DNA of 64,000 bases. It comes from an uncultured Acidobacteriota bacterium (lineage in GTDB: Bacteria > Acidobacteriota > Vicinamibacteria > Vicinamibacterales > CAVVIG01). Below, piece after piece: positions 1 to 10,766 of this stretch. Position numbers and translations under genes: made by a program. Below the pieces are notes generated by a model. That model was not told the DNA's origin, did no database searches, and saw only the letters and a list, made by a program, of their open reading frames with translations. The stretch is from positions 72,671 through 136,670 of the forward strand of contig CAVOHK010000009.1 of NCBI GenBank assembly GCA_963695635.1, in the 5' to 3' direction. Each line of letters begins with the position of its first letter. Position 1 is the first letter of the stretch.

Positions 1-625
1 GATCGCCGACGTCGAGAAATGTGAATCCGCGGTACGAAACCAGAACGCCAGTGCACTGGGAGTTCTCCGTGGTATTGGGCGGCTTCGCGTCGGCGGGATT
101 GCAAAACTGGTTTTTGGCACCACCACTGTTCAGTGGCTTCGCGATTACCGACCCGTGTGAGGCGACGACATCGACGCGCACGTCGTCAAAGGGGATCCGG
201 TCGCCGGCATTGGTGACGGTCCGCTTGTTCTGCGCGATTTCGAGATACGCGTCGTAGCGAGCGCGGCCGTTGGCGTTCTGTTCCCACTTCGGATCCATCT
301 CGCCGTGATCGAAAAAGCGATCGAAGTGGGCGACGGCATTCGCCGCCGGCGCGCCGCCGACATGATCGCCGTCGTAGTGAGTCGTGAACAGATAGTCGAT
401 CTTCGTCAGCCCGGCCGCCTGCATCGCGTCGGCGATGCGCTTCGAATCGCGTTCGGCCGCCGCGCCCGGGCTGCCGCTGTCGATCAACATCGAGCGGCCT
501 GACGGCGCGATCACCAGCGTCGCGCCGCCGCCCTCGACATCGACCACGTAAATCCGGAGTTTGCCGGCCGGCGCGGTCTGCCCCAGCATCACCGCCACGG
601 CGACAATCGTCGTCAGTAGCTTCAC
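1..625 (-). CDS. MBL-fold metallo-hydrolase (ComEC/Rec2-type beta-lactamase domain), probably secreted; 3' end cut by window edge
   Basis: Own translation from GTG at 625-623: VKLLTTIVAVAVMLGQTAPAGKLRIYVVDVEGGGATLVIAPSGRSMLIDSG...KIDYLFTTHYDGDHVGG. It has a signal-peptide-like N-terminus and a THxDxDHxGG metal motif. It is absent from the ORF track because it runs off the window. Confidence 0.6.
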   Translation of the reverse strand, partial: MKLLTTIVAVAVMLGQTAPAGKLRIYVVDVEGGGATLVIAPSGRSMLIDSGSPGAAAERDSKRIADAMQAAGLTKIDYLFTTHYDGDHVGGAPAANAVAHFDRFFDHGEMDPKWEQNANGRARYDAYLEIAQNKRTVTNAGDRIPFDDVRVDVVASHGSVIAKPLNSGGAKNQFCNPADAKPPNTTENSQCTGVLVSYRGFTFLDVGD

Positions 626-717
626 GGCGGGAGCCTACTACAACTACTGACTGTCAGCTCAGCTGCCGATTAACCAATCCGCCAAAGCTCCGTCTAACTA
701 CGTTGTCTAACCATACG

Positions 718-3138
718 ATGCCGATGGATTTGTTCTGGAGCGATGCAAAACAGGCCTGGCGGAACGCCGTACGGCGTCCGGCCTTCACACTCCTGGTCGC
801 GCTGACACTGGCGCTAGGCATCGGCGTTAACAGTGCGGTATTCGCGCTGCTTGACGGCGTGCTTCTCCGACCGCTCCCGTATCGACAGCCGTCAGAGCTG
901 GTATTCATGTGGCAAACGCTGCCGCGCCTCAATGTTGCGGAAGTAGAAGCGACCGCGTTTGACTACGACGCCTGGCGAACGTTGCGAACCATTCCGGAGA
1001 TCGCGATGCTCACCTACAGCTCGTTCAGCATCACCGGTGGGAATGATCCGGAACGGGTGAAAGGCGCGCGGGTAACCGCCTCGTTGATGCCTACGCTCGG
1101 CATCGTTCCGGCGATCGGCCGCGGTTTCATAGACGCTGAAGACGGAGACGAAGTGCCGCGCGCCGCCATCCTCGGTGACGGCCTGTGGCGGCGACGATTC
1201 GGCGCCGACCCCTCTATTGTCGGCCGGCAGGTCGAGATCGACGGTGCATCGTGGACCGTTGTCGGGATCATGCCGCGCGGCGCAATCCTTCCTGGCTCAA
1301 CGCCGGCGGACAGCGAGTTGTGGTTGCCGATGCGGATGAGTCCGTCCGAGCGCGCCAACGACCTCAGTCACAGCTACACGTTGGTCGGCCGTCTTGCCGC
1401 GGGCACCTCGCTGACTCGAGCGACTGCAGAATTCGAGGCGCTCGGGACGCGCTTGGCGACTGAACGTCAATCGCATCGCGGCGTCGGTGTCCGGTTGGTG
1501 CCGTTTGCCGAGCAATCGGTCCGCGTCATTCGCCCGACGCTGATCGTGGCGGCCGCGAGCGTGGCCCTGCTGCTGCTTGTCGCCACGGCGAACGCGTCTA
1601 CGTTGTTGCTCGCGAGAGCGTCAAACCGGCGGGCCGAAACCGCGCTTCGCGCGGCATTGGGTGCGTCGCGGTCGCGGCTGCTGTCGCAAGCGCTGGTTGA
1701 AGGCGTGCTGCTCGCGTCACTCGGTGCGTTGCTCGGCCTTGCGCTGGGCGCATGGACGCTCAGGCTCCTGATCCCGCTCTTTGGCCCCTCGTTGTCGGCG
1801 TTGCCGATCGAGATCGGTCCGCGCGCCGCATTGTTCAGCTTCGGGCTCGCCTTCGCCATCGGCGCGCTGTTCGGCGTGATTGCCGCGTTCCACTCCGGCC
1901 CGCGGCTCGCCGATGCGCTCGGCGGTATCACGCGCTCCACTGCATCGAAGTCCACCTTGCGAACCCGTCATCTGCTGGTCGTTTCGCAAGTCTCGCTTGC
2001 CGTGGTTCTGCTCTCGGCCGCCGGCTTGATGCTATCGAGCGTTGCCAAGCTGTCGCGCGTCAGCACCGGCTTCGACGCCAACAATCTGCTTACATTCCGA
2101 GTGGCGCTCAGCACCGGTCGCTACGCCACCACGAGTTCGCGCGCGGTCTTTGTCGCGAACCTGCTCGAGCGGCTGTCGACGCTCCCAGGCGTCCAGTCGA
2201 GCGGTGCAGTCTCGGCCATTCCGTTCGGCGGGGCGCGTAATGCGAACGGCATCGAGATCGAGGGGCGACCGGTGTCGCCATCGGAACCGCCAATCGTCAT
2301 CGACCAGCGGTATGCATCGCCGAACTATTTCCAGGCGATGCGCATTCCACTGCTGATGGGCCGCGGATTCGTGGCGTCTGACGACGAGCGCGGCGAGCGT
2401 GTCGTGGTGATTAATAGAACGATGGCCAGGCGCTACTTTCCGAACGGCGATGCCGTGAATCGGCGGGTGCGCGCCACCGCCGGGCGCGATGCCGTCGGTT
2501 GGCTGCGGATCGTTGGCGTCGTCGACGACGTCCGGCATATCTCGCTGAGCCGCGATCCGGTTCCCGAGATGTATCACCCGTTCGCGCAGACGGCACCGCC
2601 GACCTTCACCGTCGTGTTGCGAACCGCAGCGGAACCAGCCGCGCTTGCCACCGCGGCGCGGGCCGGTGTCGTCGCGGTCGATCCGACGTTGCCAATCTAC
2701 GAAGTGCTGACCATGAAGCAGCGCGTGGCGTCGTCCCTTGCACAGACGCGCGGCACGATGTTGGTGTTGCTGGTCACGGCAGTCCTGGCCGCATCGCTGG
2801 CGGCGATCGCGATCTACGGATCGATCTGGTACGCCGTCGTTCAGCGTCAGAAGGAGATCGGTATCCGGATGGCGCTCGGCGCCTCGCGCGCGGCCGTATT
2901 TCGCGGCGTCGTTGGAGGAGCAATCGGACGCGCCGGCATTGGAGCCGTGGTTGGCGCGGCCGTGGCGATGGCGGGCGGTTCGTTGCTCCGCACGATGCTG
3001 TTCGAGACGCGGACCTCCGATCCGCTCACCTATGCCCTGGTCACCGTGGTCGTCCTTGCGGTCGCAGTGGTGGCGAGTGTGGTTCCGGCGCGTCGAGCGA
3101 TGACCATCGACCCGATGTCAGCCCTTCGCAACGAGTAG
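718..3138 (+). CDS. ADOP-family duplicated FtsX/MacB-type ABC transporter permease
   Basis: 811-aa ORF 703..3138. N-terminus DLFWSDAKQAWRNAVRRPAFTLLVALTLALGIGVNSAVFALLDGVLLRPLPY plus two FtsX-like TM bundles flanking large periplasmic domains. ATG at 718 preferred over TTG at 703. Confidence 0.85.
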   Translation: MPMDLFWSDAKQAWRNAVRRPAFTLLVALTLALGIGVNSAVFALLDGVLLRPLPYRQPSELVFMWQTLPRLNVAEVEATAFDYDAWRTLRTIPEIAMLTYSSFSITGGNDPERVKGARVTASLMPTLGIVPAIGRGFIDAEDGDEVPRAAILGDGLWRRRFGADPSIVGRQVEIDGASWTVVGIMPRGAILPGSTPADSELWLPMRMSPSERANDLSHSYTLVGRLAAGTSLTRATAEFEALGTRLATERQSHRGVGVRLVPFAEQSVRVIRPTLIVAAASVALLLLVATANASTLLLARASNRRAETALRAALGASRSRLLSQALVEGVLLASLGALLGLALGAWTLRLLIPLFGPSLSALPIEIGPRAALFSFGLAFAIGALFGVIAAFHSGPRLADALGGITRSTASKSTLRTRHLLVVSQVSLAVVLLSAAGLMLSSVAKLSRVSTGFDANNLLTFRVALSTGRYATTSSRAVFVANLLERLSTLPGVQSSGAVSAIPFGGARNANGIEIEGRPVSPSEPPIVIDQRYASPNYFQAMRIPLLMGRGFVASDDERGERVVVINRTMARRYFPNGDAVNRRVRATAGRDAVGWLRIVGVVDDVRHISLSRDPVPEMYHPFAQTAPPTFTVVLRTAAEPAALATAARAGVVAVDPTLPIYEVLTMKQRVASSLAQTRGTMLVLLVTAVLAASLAAIAIYGSIWYAVVQRQKEIGIRMALGASRAAVFRGVVGGAIGRAGIGAVVGAAVAMAGGSLLRTMLFETRTSDPLTYALVTVVVLAVAVVASVVPARRAMTIDPMSALRNE

Positions 3139-3990
3139 GTAGGCGCCGCGCCGGTTTCCGCGATCGAGAATGAAATCCACTGCCTTGTAGCCGCGTGCGA
3201 AGTAGGTGGTGAAGATCTCGCGCGTCGCCATGCGCCACTCGAGCGCAAGCGCAGGATCGTCGACGAGCATCTCGGTGAAGCCCATCGGGATCTGCACGGC
3301 GACCCGGCGGGCGTCGAGATGCAGATTGACGTCGGAACAGCTCGGCGAACCAGCCCGGGCGATCGTATTGGCGGCGACCGCATCGCTCGATTCATGGGAT
3401 CGCACGGGAATGGCGGTGCCCCCGCCGTCACGCCCGCTGTGTGCCGCGCGGGCAAGCCGACCCGCGACGTGCGGTTCGCGGATGTTCCATTCGGCAACGA
3501 ACCGGTCGGTCGGATTACCGGCATGAAGCGGGCTGTTCGAGGTGCCGTACACGTTGATCTCGTACTCTTCGACGACGACGCCGAGCTTGGTGAAGTTGAG
3601 GTGCGCATTGAGCGCCTGCATCGGGTCGTAGGTCCACTCGATGAGGTCGAGCCCCATCGCCAGCGTCCGCTCGCGCTGCAAGAGCTTGAGGTGGTGGCCG
3701 ACACCGTCGTTCCTGAACTCCGGCAGGACCCCGAGCATGTGCGACCACTGTGTCGGCTTGCTATGTTTGATGCCGGCGATCGAATAGACGAAGCCGATCA
3801 TCCGGTCGCCGTTAAACGCTCCTACGAGCACCCCGCCGCGCATCACGGTGATCGCGAAGATCGGCACCGGTACTACCTCGACGTAGCCCGGTCCCCAGAT
3901 AGTGCGCTCGAGTTCGACGACCTGCGCGAATTCATCGAGGGTCGTGAGATCGCGATAGGAGAGGGACGCGCTAGATTCCATTGTCGGCAT
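3118..3990 (-). CDS. GNAT-like acetyltransferase domain protein with uncharacterised C-terminal half
   Basis: 290-aa ORF. N-terminal half carries a GNAT motif-A-like region (LGVLPEFRNDGVGHHLKLLQRERTLAMGLDLIEWTYDP). Confidence 0.6.
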   Translation of the reverse strand: MPTMESSASLSYRDLTTLDEFAQVVELERTIWGPGYVEVVPVPIFAITVMRGGVLVGAFNGDRMIGFVYSIAGIKHSKPTQWSHMLGVLPEFRNDGVGHHLKLLQRERTLAMGLDLIEWTYDPMQALNAHLNFTKLGVVVEEYEINVYGTSNSPLHAGNPTDRFVAEWNIREPHVAGRLARAAHSGRDGGGTAIPVRSHESSDAVAANTIARAGSPSCSDVNLHLDARRVAVQIPMGFTEMLVDDPALALEWRMATREIFTTYFARGYKAVDFILDRGNRRGAYLLVAKG

Positions 3991-5287
3991 ACGGTCCGGC
4001 GATCACCACTGTGGCTCGTTCTGTCGATAGCACGCGCCTGGCCGCTGCGTGCGCGCTTTCGAGCGTCACCGCCCGCAGGTGACCGGGCAACTGCAGGTCG
4101 TAATCAAGTCCCAGCCCGAAGAATTCGGACGTCTGCAGAAAATTGGCGATCGCCGTGTTCGTTTCCAACGCGCGTGGCATGGCACCGATCAGGTAGCGGC
4201 ATGATTCATCCAGTTCTTTCTCGGTAAGACCGTCCGCCAGCAGCCGCTCGATCTCTTCATCGATCGAGGCAATCGCGCGCTCTATGTTCGTCGCGCTGAC
4301 TCCGGCGCGAATCGCCAACGGCCCTTCGGCGAGGTTGGCATCGAACGAGCTCGAGACGTAGTAGGCCATGCCCTGCCGCTCGCGGATGCTGTCTCCCAGC
4401 CGGCCGCCGATCGCGTACTGCCCAAACGCCACGTTCATCAGCCACATCGAGTAGTAGTCCGGATCGCGCCGCGTGATCGTCGTGAATCCGTAAGCAATGT
4501 CGGCCTGGGCTTTGTTGGGCATCGGGATAACGATGCGATTGCGCGTGTTCGCGGCGTGCACCGGCGGCAGCACCAACGCAGCCGTCGCCGTCGCACGCCA
4601 TCCGCCGAAAACTCGCTCCGCGATGTCCTGCACGCGCGGCGGCTCCACGTCGCCGACGATCGCAGCCGACAGCTCGCTGGGAGCGAACCGCGCCGCATGT
4701 TGCCGTTGCAGCGCCTGACGCGTGAGACCTTCGACAATTTCGATAGTTCCCTTGGTCCGGCGGCCGTACGGGTGACCGTTCGGATACAAATGCCCCATCA
4801 ACGTCTCGCTGGCACGAACCGCCGGGTTGTCGTCGTCCTGCCGAATCGCCGTGATGATTTCGCCTTTGCGTGTCGCAATCTCGGTTTCAGGCAGCGACGG
4901 GGTCAGGACAATTTCAGCGAGCAGCGACAGCACGGCTTCGAAGTCTTCAGCGAGGCACGTGCACACGATGGTGAACTGGTGTCGCGTGATCTGAATCGTC
5001 AGCGTGATGCCGCGGCTGTCCAGCTCCTCGGCGATATCTGCTGCCGACCGCGCGTGAGTACCGCGGTCGAGCACGCGCGACAACAACCAGGTCGTGCCCT
5101 CTGCGCCCGGCGGATCGTAGGCTGAGCCGGCGCGGACTGCGAGGCTGATGGTCACCGCCGGAGTAGCGTGCGTGGCCTTGGCCAGCAGCACCATGCCGTT
5201 CTCGAAAACAGAACGGACCGGTGCGAGACCTCTCGAAGTCTGAAGTTTCAAGTCTGAAGTTTGCCGGGAGTCGGAGTTTTGCGCCAT
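3971..5287 (-). CDS. M16 (pitrilysin/insulinase) family peptidase, subunit without the HxxEH motif
   Basis: 438-aa ORF with M16 N- and C-domains and no HxxEH. Paired with the upstream catalytic M16 gene. The first about 20 codons lie in a heptamer repeat array, so the start is uncertain. Confidence 0.8.
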   Translation of the reverse strand: MAQNSDSRQTSDLKLQTSRGLAPVRSVFENGMVLLAKATHATPAVTISLAVRAGSAYDPPGAEGTTWLLSRVLDRGTHARSAADIAEELDSRGITLTIQITRHQFTIVCTCLAEDFEAVLSLLAEIVLTPSLPETEIATRKGEIITAIRQDDDNPAVRASETLMGHLYPNGHPYGRRTKGTIEIVEGLTRQALQRQHAARFAPSELSAAIVGDVEPPRVQDIAERVFGGWRATATAALVLPPVHAANTRNRIVIPMPNKAQADIAYGFTTITRRDPDYYSMWLMNVAFGQYAIGGRLGDSIRERQGMAYYVSSSFDANLAEGPLAIRAGVSATNIERAIASIDEEIERLLADGLTEKELDESCRYLIGAMPRALETNTAIANFLQTSEFFGLGLDYDLQLPGHLRAVTLESAHAAARRVLSTERATVVIAGPYADNGI

Positions 5288-5336
5288 TCGGTCTATCTAA
5301 CCAGACTTCATACTTCAGACTTCACACTTCAGATTC
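5235..5336. repeat. Inverted arrays of heptamer GAAGTYT / ARACTTC (hairpin-forming) between the two M16 genes
   Basis: Left arm gaagtctgaagtttcaagtctgaagtttg. Right arm cagacttcatacttcagacttcacacttcagattc. The arms are imperfect reverse complements. Confidence 0.85.
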
Positions 5337-6602
5337 GAACCAACCTACCGTTCGATTCGATGGCGCAAAGATGCTGCCGGCAATGGACGCAACGTCGTCG
5401 GTCGTCACGGCGGCGATCCGGCGTGGAGCGGCGGTGAAGAAATCGGCCGAGGCGATGGTCTCGAAATAACCCAGCTGGTGCGCGATATTGGTAACGCTGT
5501 CATCGTCGAACACCAGGCGGGCGCGCAGCTGCGCCTTCGCCTTCGCCAGCTCCGCGTCGGTGACGCCTTCGCGGCGCACGCGATCGAGCTCGTCGAGGAT
5601 CGCCGACTCGACGTCCGCCAAACCGACCCCTTCGGTCGCGGTGGCCGATACCGTATAGAGAAACGGCTGCTCTGTCGGCAGCAACGCGCCGGAAACCTGG
5701 GAAGCGAGACCTCGTTCGACGGCTGCGCGATAGAGTCGAGCGCTGCGTTGTGGCGGGGGCAGGCGAAAACTCGACCACAGGTTCATCCCTTTCGCGCCGG
5801 TCAGCACGGCGTCGAGCAACAGTAATGGATAGAACCCGGCGTCGGTCGCGGCCGGCGCGTGAAATGCCACTTTCAGGTAGTCAGTCGTTCCCTCTTTGCG
5901 AATCGTCAGCCGCCGTTCACCTGTTTGTTCGGGCTCGATGATCTGCATCCGCGAGACGATCGGGCCTGGCGGGATGCGGCCAAAGTGGCGATCGACTTGT
6001 TTTAGCGCGTCATCGGTGTCGACATCGCCGACGATCACCAGCGTCGCGTTGTTGGGAACGTAGTGACGACGGTAATAGCCGTACAGGTCGTCGCGCGTCA
6101 TCGACTGCAAATCCGGCAGCCAGCCGATGGTCGGATGGCGATAGGGGTGGGCCTTGAACGCGGTCGCCGTCAGCTCCTGATCGAGCAACTGGTCGGGATC
6201 GTTTTCTCCGCCCTGCAGTTCGGAAATGATCACCGTGCGTTCGGATTCACAATCCTCGGGATGGTAGAGGCCGTTGGCCATGCGCTCGGCCTCGATGAAC
6301 AGCATCCGGTCTAATGCGTCTTTCGTCGCCGTCTCCAGGTACGTCGTCTGATCGATCCAGGTATACCCGTTCCAGCTGCCGCCGAACTGCTCGATGATGC
6401 CTTTGACCTGATCGCGCGGGATATTGGTGGTGCCCTTGAAATTCATGTGCTCCACCCAGTGCGACACGCCGGTCAGCCCCGGCCGTTCGTCCTTCGAGCC
6501 AACCTTGTACCAGCACCAGACCGACGCGAGCGGCGCGGTGTGCTCCTCCCGAATGAGAACCTTCAGTCCGTTGTCGAGCGTAGTGGCGCGCATCCGGATC
6601 AT
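5322..6602 (-). CDS. M16 family zinc peptidase (catalytic subunit)
   Basis: 426-aa ORF with the zinc motif HWVEHMNFKG (HxxEH). The last codons (FESEV-stop) lie inside the repeat array. Confidence 0.9.
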   Translation of the reverse strand: MIRMRATTLDNGLKVLIREEHTAPLASVWCWYKVGSKDERPGLTGVSHWVEHMNFKGTTNIPRDQVKGIIEQFGGSWNGYTWIDQTTYLETATKDALDRMLFIEAERMANGLYHPEDCESERTVIISELQGGENDPDQLLDQELTATAFKAHPYRHPTIGWLPDLQSMTRDDLYGYYRRHYVPNNATLVIVGDVDTDDALKQVDRHFGRIPPGPIVSRMQIIEPEQTGERRLTIRKEGTTDYLKVAFHAPAATDAGFYPLLLLDAVLTGAKGMNLWSSFRLPPPQRSARLYRAAVERGLASQVSGALLPTEQPFLYTVSATATEGVGLADVESAILDELDRVRREGVTDAELAKAKAQLRARLVFDDDSVTNIAHQLGYFETIASADFFTAAPRRIAAVTTDDVASIAGSIFAPSNRTVGWFESEV

Positions 6603-6622
6603 TATAAAATCGAAGGATACCC

Positions 6623-9466
6623 ATGCCTGAGTGGAAGGACACCGTCAACCTGCCGCGCACCGACTTTCCGATGAAAGCCAACCTGCCGACGAGCGAGCCG
6701 GAGACCCTGGCGCGCTGGCAGGCGATGGATCTCTATGGGAAGATTCGCGCCAGCCGGAAGCACGCACCGAAATTCGTGCTCCACGATGGTCCGCCGTACG
6801 CCAACGGCAACATCCACATCGGCACGGCGATGAACAAGATTCTCAAAGAGCTGGTCGTCAAGTCGCGATCGATGGCCGGCTTCGACGCACCCTACGTCGT
6901 CGGCTACGACTGCCACGGCCTGCCGATCGAGTTGCGCGTCGACCGCGAGCTGGGGGCGAAAAAGCGCGACCTCTCGGTCGCCGATTTCTGCCGCGCCTGC
7001 CGCGCCTACGCCGAGCGATTCGTCGGGGCGATGAGCGAGCAGTTTCAGCGGCTCGGCATCCTCGGCACCTGGGAAAACCCCTACTTGACGATGAACTTCA
7101 AGTACCAGGCGGCAATCGCGCGCGCCTTCGGCCGTTTCGTCGAGCAGGATCTGGTTTACAAGGGCAAGAAGCCGGTGCACTGGTGTATCCACTGCCGCAC
7201 CGCGCTCGCGGAAGCCGAAGTCGAATACGAAGATCACACCTCGCCGTCGATCTACGTGGAATTTTCACTGGATCCGGCAAGCGCCGGCGATTTGGCGGCG
7301 CGCGTTCCGGAATTGGCCGGCAAGAACGTGTCGGTGCTGATCTGGACGACCACACCGTGGACGATTCCGTCGAACATGGCGATCGCCTTCCATCCGGATT
7401 TCGATTACGCCGCGTACGAAGTGGACGGCCGCTACGTGATCGTCGCCGAAGCGCTGGCCGATAAGGTCGCGGCTGCCGCCGGCAAGCAGTTCGGCGCGCC
7501 GGTTGCCCGCGTCAAGGGTGCGGTGTTCGAGCATCTGCGTTTCCAGCATCCGCTGTACGCGCGGCCGTCACTTGGGGTACTCGGGGAATATGTGACGCTC
7601 GACGCTGGTACCGGTGCGGTACACACCGCGCCAGGCCACGGCGCGGACGATTTCAACACCGGCAACAAGTACGGGCTCGAAATCTACGCGCCGATCGGAC
7701 CGGCCGGCCATTTCCTCGAGACCGTCGAACTGTTCGGCGGCCAGCGGGTGTTCGACGCCAACCCGAATGTCGCGGACGCGCTCAAGGAACGCGGCAAGCT
7801 GTGGCATCGCGAATCGTTCTCGCACCAGTATCCGCATTGCTGGCGCTGCCACAATCCGGTGATCTTCCTCGCCACCAGCCAATGGTTCATCGCGCTGGAC
7901 AAACCGGTGGACGCGCGCGGCGCGCAGCCGGCGGCGCGGACGCTGCGGCAGAGGGCGCTCGACAACATCGACAACCAGGTGCAGTGGCATCCGCGGTGGG
8001 GCCACGACCGGATGTACAACATGATCGCGCACCGGCCCGACTGGTGCATTTCGCGCCAGCGCGTCTGGGGCGTTCCGATTCCGGCGGTCGACTGCACCAA
8101 GTGCGGGACGGCGATCACCACGCCGTCGCTGGTGGCAAAGACCGCGAGCGTGTTCGAGCAGTACGGCGCGGATTCGTGGTACGAGCGGCCGACCGAAGAT
8201 TTCGTCCCATCGGACCTGGTGTGTCCCACTTGTGGCAACACCAGCTTCGAGCGCGAGATGAACATTCTCGACGTGTGGTTCGACTCGGGTTCGAGCCACG
8301 AGGCGGTACTCTCGGTGTGGCCGGAACTGACCTGGCCGGCCGACATCTACCTTGAAGGCAGCGATCAACATCGCGGCTGGTTCCAGAGTTCACTGCTGGT
8401 CGGGCTGGGCACGCGCGGCCGGGCGCCGTTCAAACAAATCGTCACCAACGGCTTCGTCGTCGCCGAAGACGGCAAGAAGATGTCGAAGTCGCTCGGCAAC
8501 TCGGTCGAGCCGACCGACGTCATCAAGCAGTCGGGCGCCGACATCCTGCGGTTGTGGACGGCGATGGGCGACTATACGCAGGACATCCGGATCAGCAAGG
8601 AGATCCTCGCGCGCGCGGTCGAGGCCTATCGGAAAATCCGCAACACCGCGCGCTACCTGCTGGCGAATCTTTACGACTTCGATCCGGCAATGGATCGCGT
8701 GCCGCACGGTCAATTGGAAGAAGTGGACCGTTATATCCTCGCGAAGTACGCTGAGATTGGCGGTCGTATTCTCAAAGCCTACGAAGGTTACGACTACAAC
8801 ACGATTTTTCAGTCGTTGAACACGTTTACGACCGTTGACCTGAGCGCCTTTTACGCCGACGTGTCGAAGGATCGGTTGTATACCTTTGCCGCGCGATCGC
8901 GCGAACGCCGCTCGGCCCAGACCGCGCTGTACATCATGGCGGATGGTCTGACGCGGCTGATGGCGCCGATCCTGTCGTTTACGGCTGACGAGCTGTGGCG
9001 CTTTCTTCCCGGAAGGCGTGAGGAGTCGGTTCATATTGCGCTGTTCCCGACCCACGAGGATCTGCTGCTGATGGTGGACGAAGAGGTAACCGCACGGTGG
9101 GACAGCCTGGTGACCGTGCGCGAGCAGGTACTCGCTGAAATCGAGCCGCTGCGGAAGAACAAGCAGATTGGCAGCTCGTTGCAAGCCCGGGTGATCGTCT
9201 CGGCGGCGCCCAGGGAACTGGCCTTGCTCGAACGCTATTCGCGCCAGTTGCCGATGTTATTCATCGTCTCGGACGTCGACGTCCGTCCGGCGCCGCCCGA
9301 TGTCGAAACACACGCCGAGGCGAAACCGCGGATTACGATTGAACGTGCCGGTGGTGTGAAGTGTGAACGCTGCTGGCGGTATGTTCCGTCAGTATCCAAC
9401 GATCCCGCCTGGGCCGGCTTGTGCGAGCGGTGTCAGGGTGCGCTCGCCGAGCCAGTCAATGGATGA
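6623..9466 (+). CDS. ileS: Isoleucine--tRNA ligase
   Basis: 947-aa ORF with [12 protein letters not shown] (HIGH region), KMSKSLGN (KMSKS) and a C-terminal zinc finger CERCWRY...CERC. Confidence 0.97.
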   Translation: MPEWKDTVNLPRTDFPMKANLPTSEPETLARWQAMDLYGKIRASRKHAPKFVLHDGPPYANGNIHIGTAMNKILKELVVKSRSMAGFDAPYVVGYDCHGLPIELRVDRELGAKKRDLSVADFCRACRAYAERFVGAMSEQFQRLGILGTWENPYLTMNFKYQAAIARAFGRFVEQDLVYKGKKPVHWCIHCRTALAEAEVEYEDHTSPSIYVEFSLDPASAGDLAARVPELAGKNVSVLIWTTTPWTIPSNMAIAFHPDFDYAAYEVDGRYVIVAEALADKVAAAAGKQFGAPVARVKGAVFEHLRFQHPLYARPSLGVLGEYVTLDAGTGAVHTAPGHGADDFNTGNKYGLEIYAPIGPAGHFLETVELFGGQRVFDANPNVADALKERGKLWHRESFSHQYPHCWRCHNPVIFLATSQWFIALDKPVDARGAQPAARTLRQRALDNIDNQVQWHPRWGHDRMYNMIAHRPDWCISRQRVWGVPIPAVDCTKCGTAITTPSLVAKTASVFEQYGADSWYERPTEDFVPSDLVCPTCGNTSFEREMNILDVWFDSGSSHEAVLSVWPELTWPADIYLEGSDQHRGWFQSSLLVGLGTRGRAPFKQIVTNGFVVAEDGKKMSKSLGNSVEPTDVIKQSGADILRLWTAMGDYTQDIRISKEILARAVEAYRKIRNTARYLLANLYDFDPAMDRVPHGQLEEVDRYILAKYAEIGGRILKAYEGYDYNTIFQSLNTFTTVDLSAFYADVSKDRLYTFAARSRERRSAQTALYIMADGLTRLMAPILSFTADELWRFLPGRREESVHIALFPTHEDLLLMVDEEVTARWDSLVTVREQVLAEIEPLRKNKQIGSSLQARVIVSAAPRELALLERYSRQLPMLFIVSDVDVRPAPPDVETHAEAKPRITIERAGGVKCERCWRYVPSVSNDPAWAGLCERCQGALAEPVNG

Positions 9467-9962
9467 ACCGCGTAAGCTGAATGTGATTTTGCCGCTCGCG
9501 ATCGTTGTCTTCGATCAGCTGACAAAGGCGATCGTCCGGGCGAGACTGCCGCTGCATGAAAGCGTGACGATCATCCCCGGGCTGGTCGACTTTACGCACG
9601 TGCGCAATAGCGGCGCAGCGTTCGGCTTCCTGGACGCCGTCGATTTTCCGTACAAGACGGTCGTGATCGCGCTGATTGCAACGGCGGCCTTGATCGGCGT
9701 GGGCATGTACGCCGCCAGCCTCGCGCATCATCAACTCGCGGCCCGCGCCGGCCTCGCCCTGATCATCGGCGGCGCCGCCGGCAACCTGATCGACCGCCTG
9801 ACTGCCGGATCGGTGGTGGATTTTGTCGACGTCTACTGGCACAGCTGGCACTTCTGGGCGTTCAACGTCGCCGACTCGGCGATCACCGTCGGTGTCGCGA
9901 TCATGATTCTCGACATGATCATGCCGGATGCCGCGCCAGCTCCCGGCCCGGTCAACGAGTAA
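9459..9962 (+). CDS. lspA: Lipoprotein signal peptidase II
   Basis: ATG at 9459 overlaps the ileS stop (ATGGATGA). [26 protein letters not shown]...NSGAAFG...[11 protein letters not shown]. The ORF-track start 9363 lies inside ileS. Confidence 0.9.
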   Translation: MDEPRKLNVILPLAIVVFDQLTKAIVRARLPLHESVTIIPGLVDFTHVRNSGAAFGFLDAVDFPYKTVVIALIATAALIGVGMYAASLAHHQLAARAGLALIIGGAAGNLIDRLTAGSVVDFVDVYWHSWHFWAFNVADSAITVGVAIMILDMIMPDAAPAPGPVNE

Positions 9963-9965
9963 CCT

Positions 9966-10766
9966 ATGTATCCACGACTTCTCGAGCTGGGCCCCGTTAC
10001 CGTCTACACCTACGGCGTCCTGCTGGCGGCGGCCTATCTGCTCGGCCTGAAACTCGCGATGACCCGCGCCAAAGCGCGCGGTCTCGATGCCAACCGCGTC
10101 CTCGACCTCGGCATCTACATCATCATCAGCGCGCTGGTCGGCGCAAAACTGTTGCTGCTGGTCACCGACTTTCGAACGTTCACCTCGAACCCGCGTGAAC
10201 TGCTGACCTTGGCGCGATCCGGCGGTGTGTTTTACGGCGGACTGATCCTCGCGGTCGTCGTGGCGCTGTGGTACATCCGTAAGATCGGTCTGCCGTTGTG
10301 GACCACCTGCGACGTGTTCGCGCCAGGGATTGCGCTCGGCCATGTCGTCGGACGCTTCGGCTGTCTGTTTGCCGGCTGTTGCTACGGAAAAGAAACCCAC
10401 GTGCCGTGGGCGATTACTTTTCACGATCCCTTTGCGGCCGCCAATGTCGGAACGCCGCTCGGCGTCCCGCTGCATCCGACACAACTCTACGAGGCTGGTG
10501 CCGAATTTCTGATTCTTCTGCTGTTGCTTGGTATCGAGCGCAGGAACCGGGGCTTCCCCGGCCGCACCTTCTGGCTCTACATGCTGCTCTACGGCGTGTC
10601 GCGCTTCATCATCGAGTTCTATCGCGGCGACGAACGCGGCACGGTGTTGATGTTCTCGACGTCGCAGTTCATTTCCGTGCTGCTCGTACCCCTGGCGATC
10701 GTGATGTTGTTCGTACTATCACGGGTAAAAGAGCCGGAGCCGAAACGGGCGAGAAAAGCAGCGTGA
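9966..10766 (+). CDS. lgt: Prolipoprotein diacylglyceryl transferase
   Basis: 266-aa polytopic protein containing GRFGCLFAGCCYGK and HPTQLYE. Confidence 0.93.
   Translation: MYPRLLELGPVTVYTYGVLLAAAYLLGLKLAMTRAKARGLDANRVLDLGIYIIISALVGAKLLLLVTDFRTFTSNPRELLTLARSGGVFYGGLILAVVVALWYIRKIGLPLWTTCDVFAPGIALGHVVGRFGCLFAGCCYGKETHVPWAITFHDPFAAANVGTPLGVPLHPTQLYEAGAEFLILLLLLGIERRNRGFPGRTFWLYMLLYGVSRFIIEFYRGDERGTVLMFSTSQFISVLLVPLAIVMLFVLSRVKEPEPKRARKAA

Noticed and set aside
9363-9458. Upstream extensions of listed ORFs (lspA from 9363, nudix from 11536, ddl from 40375, TonB-dependent receptor gene from 22217, lptD from 47996, dksA from 16558, DsrE-like gene from 26866, rpmB inside 17493..18311)
   Set aside because: The extensions overlap the preceding conserved gene or lack a signal peptide or RBS. 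Internal starts give canonical N-termini with Shine-Dalgarno sequences or start/stop coupling.
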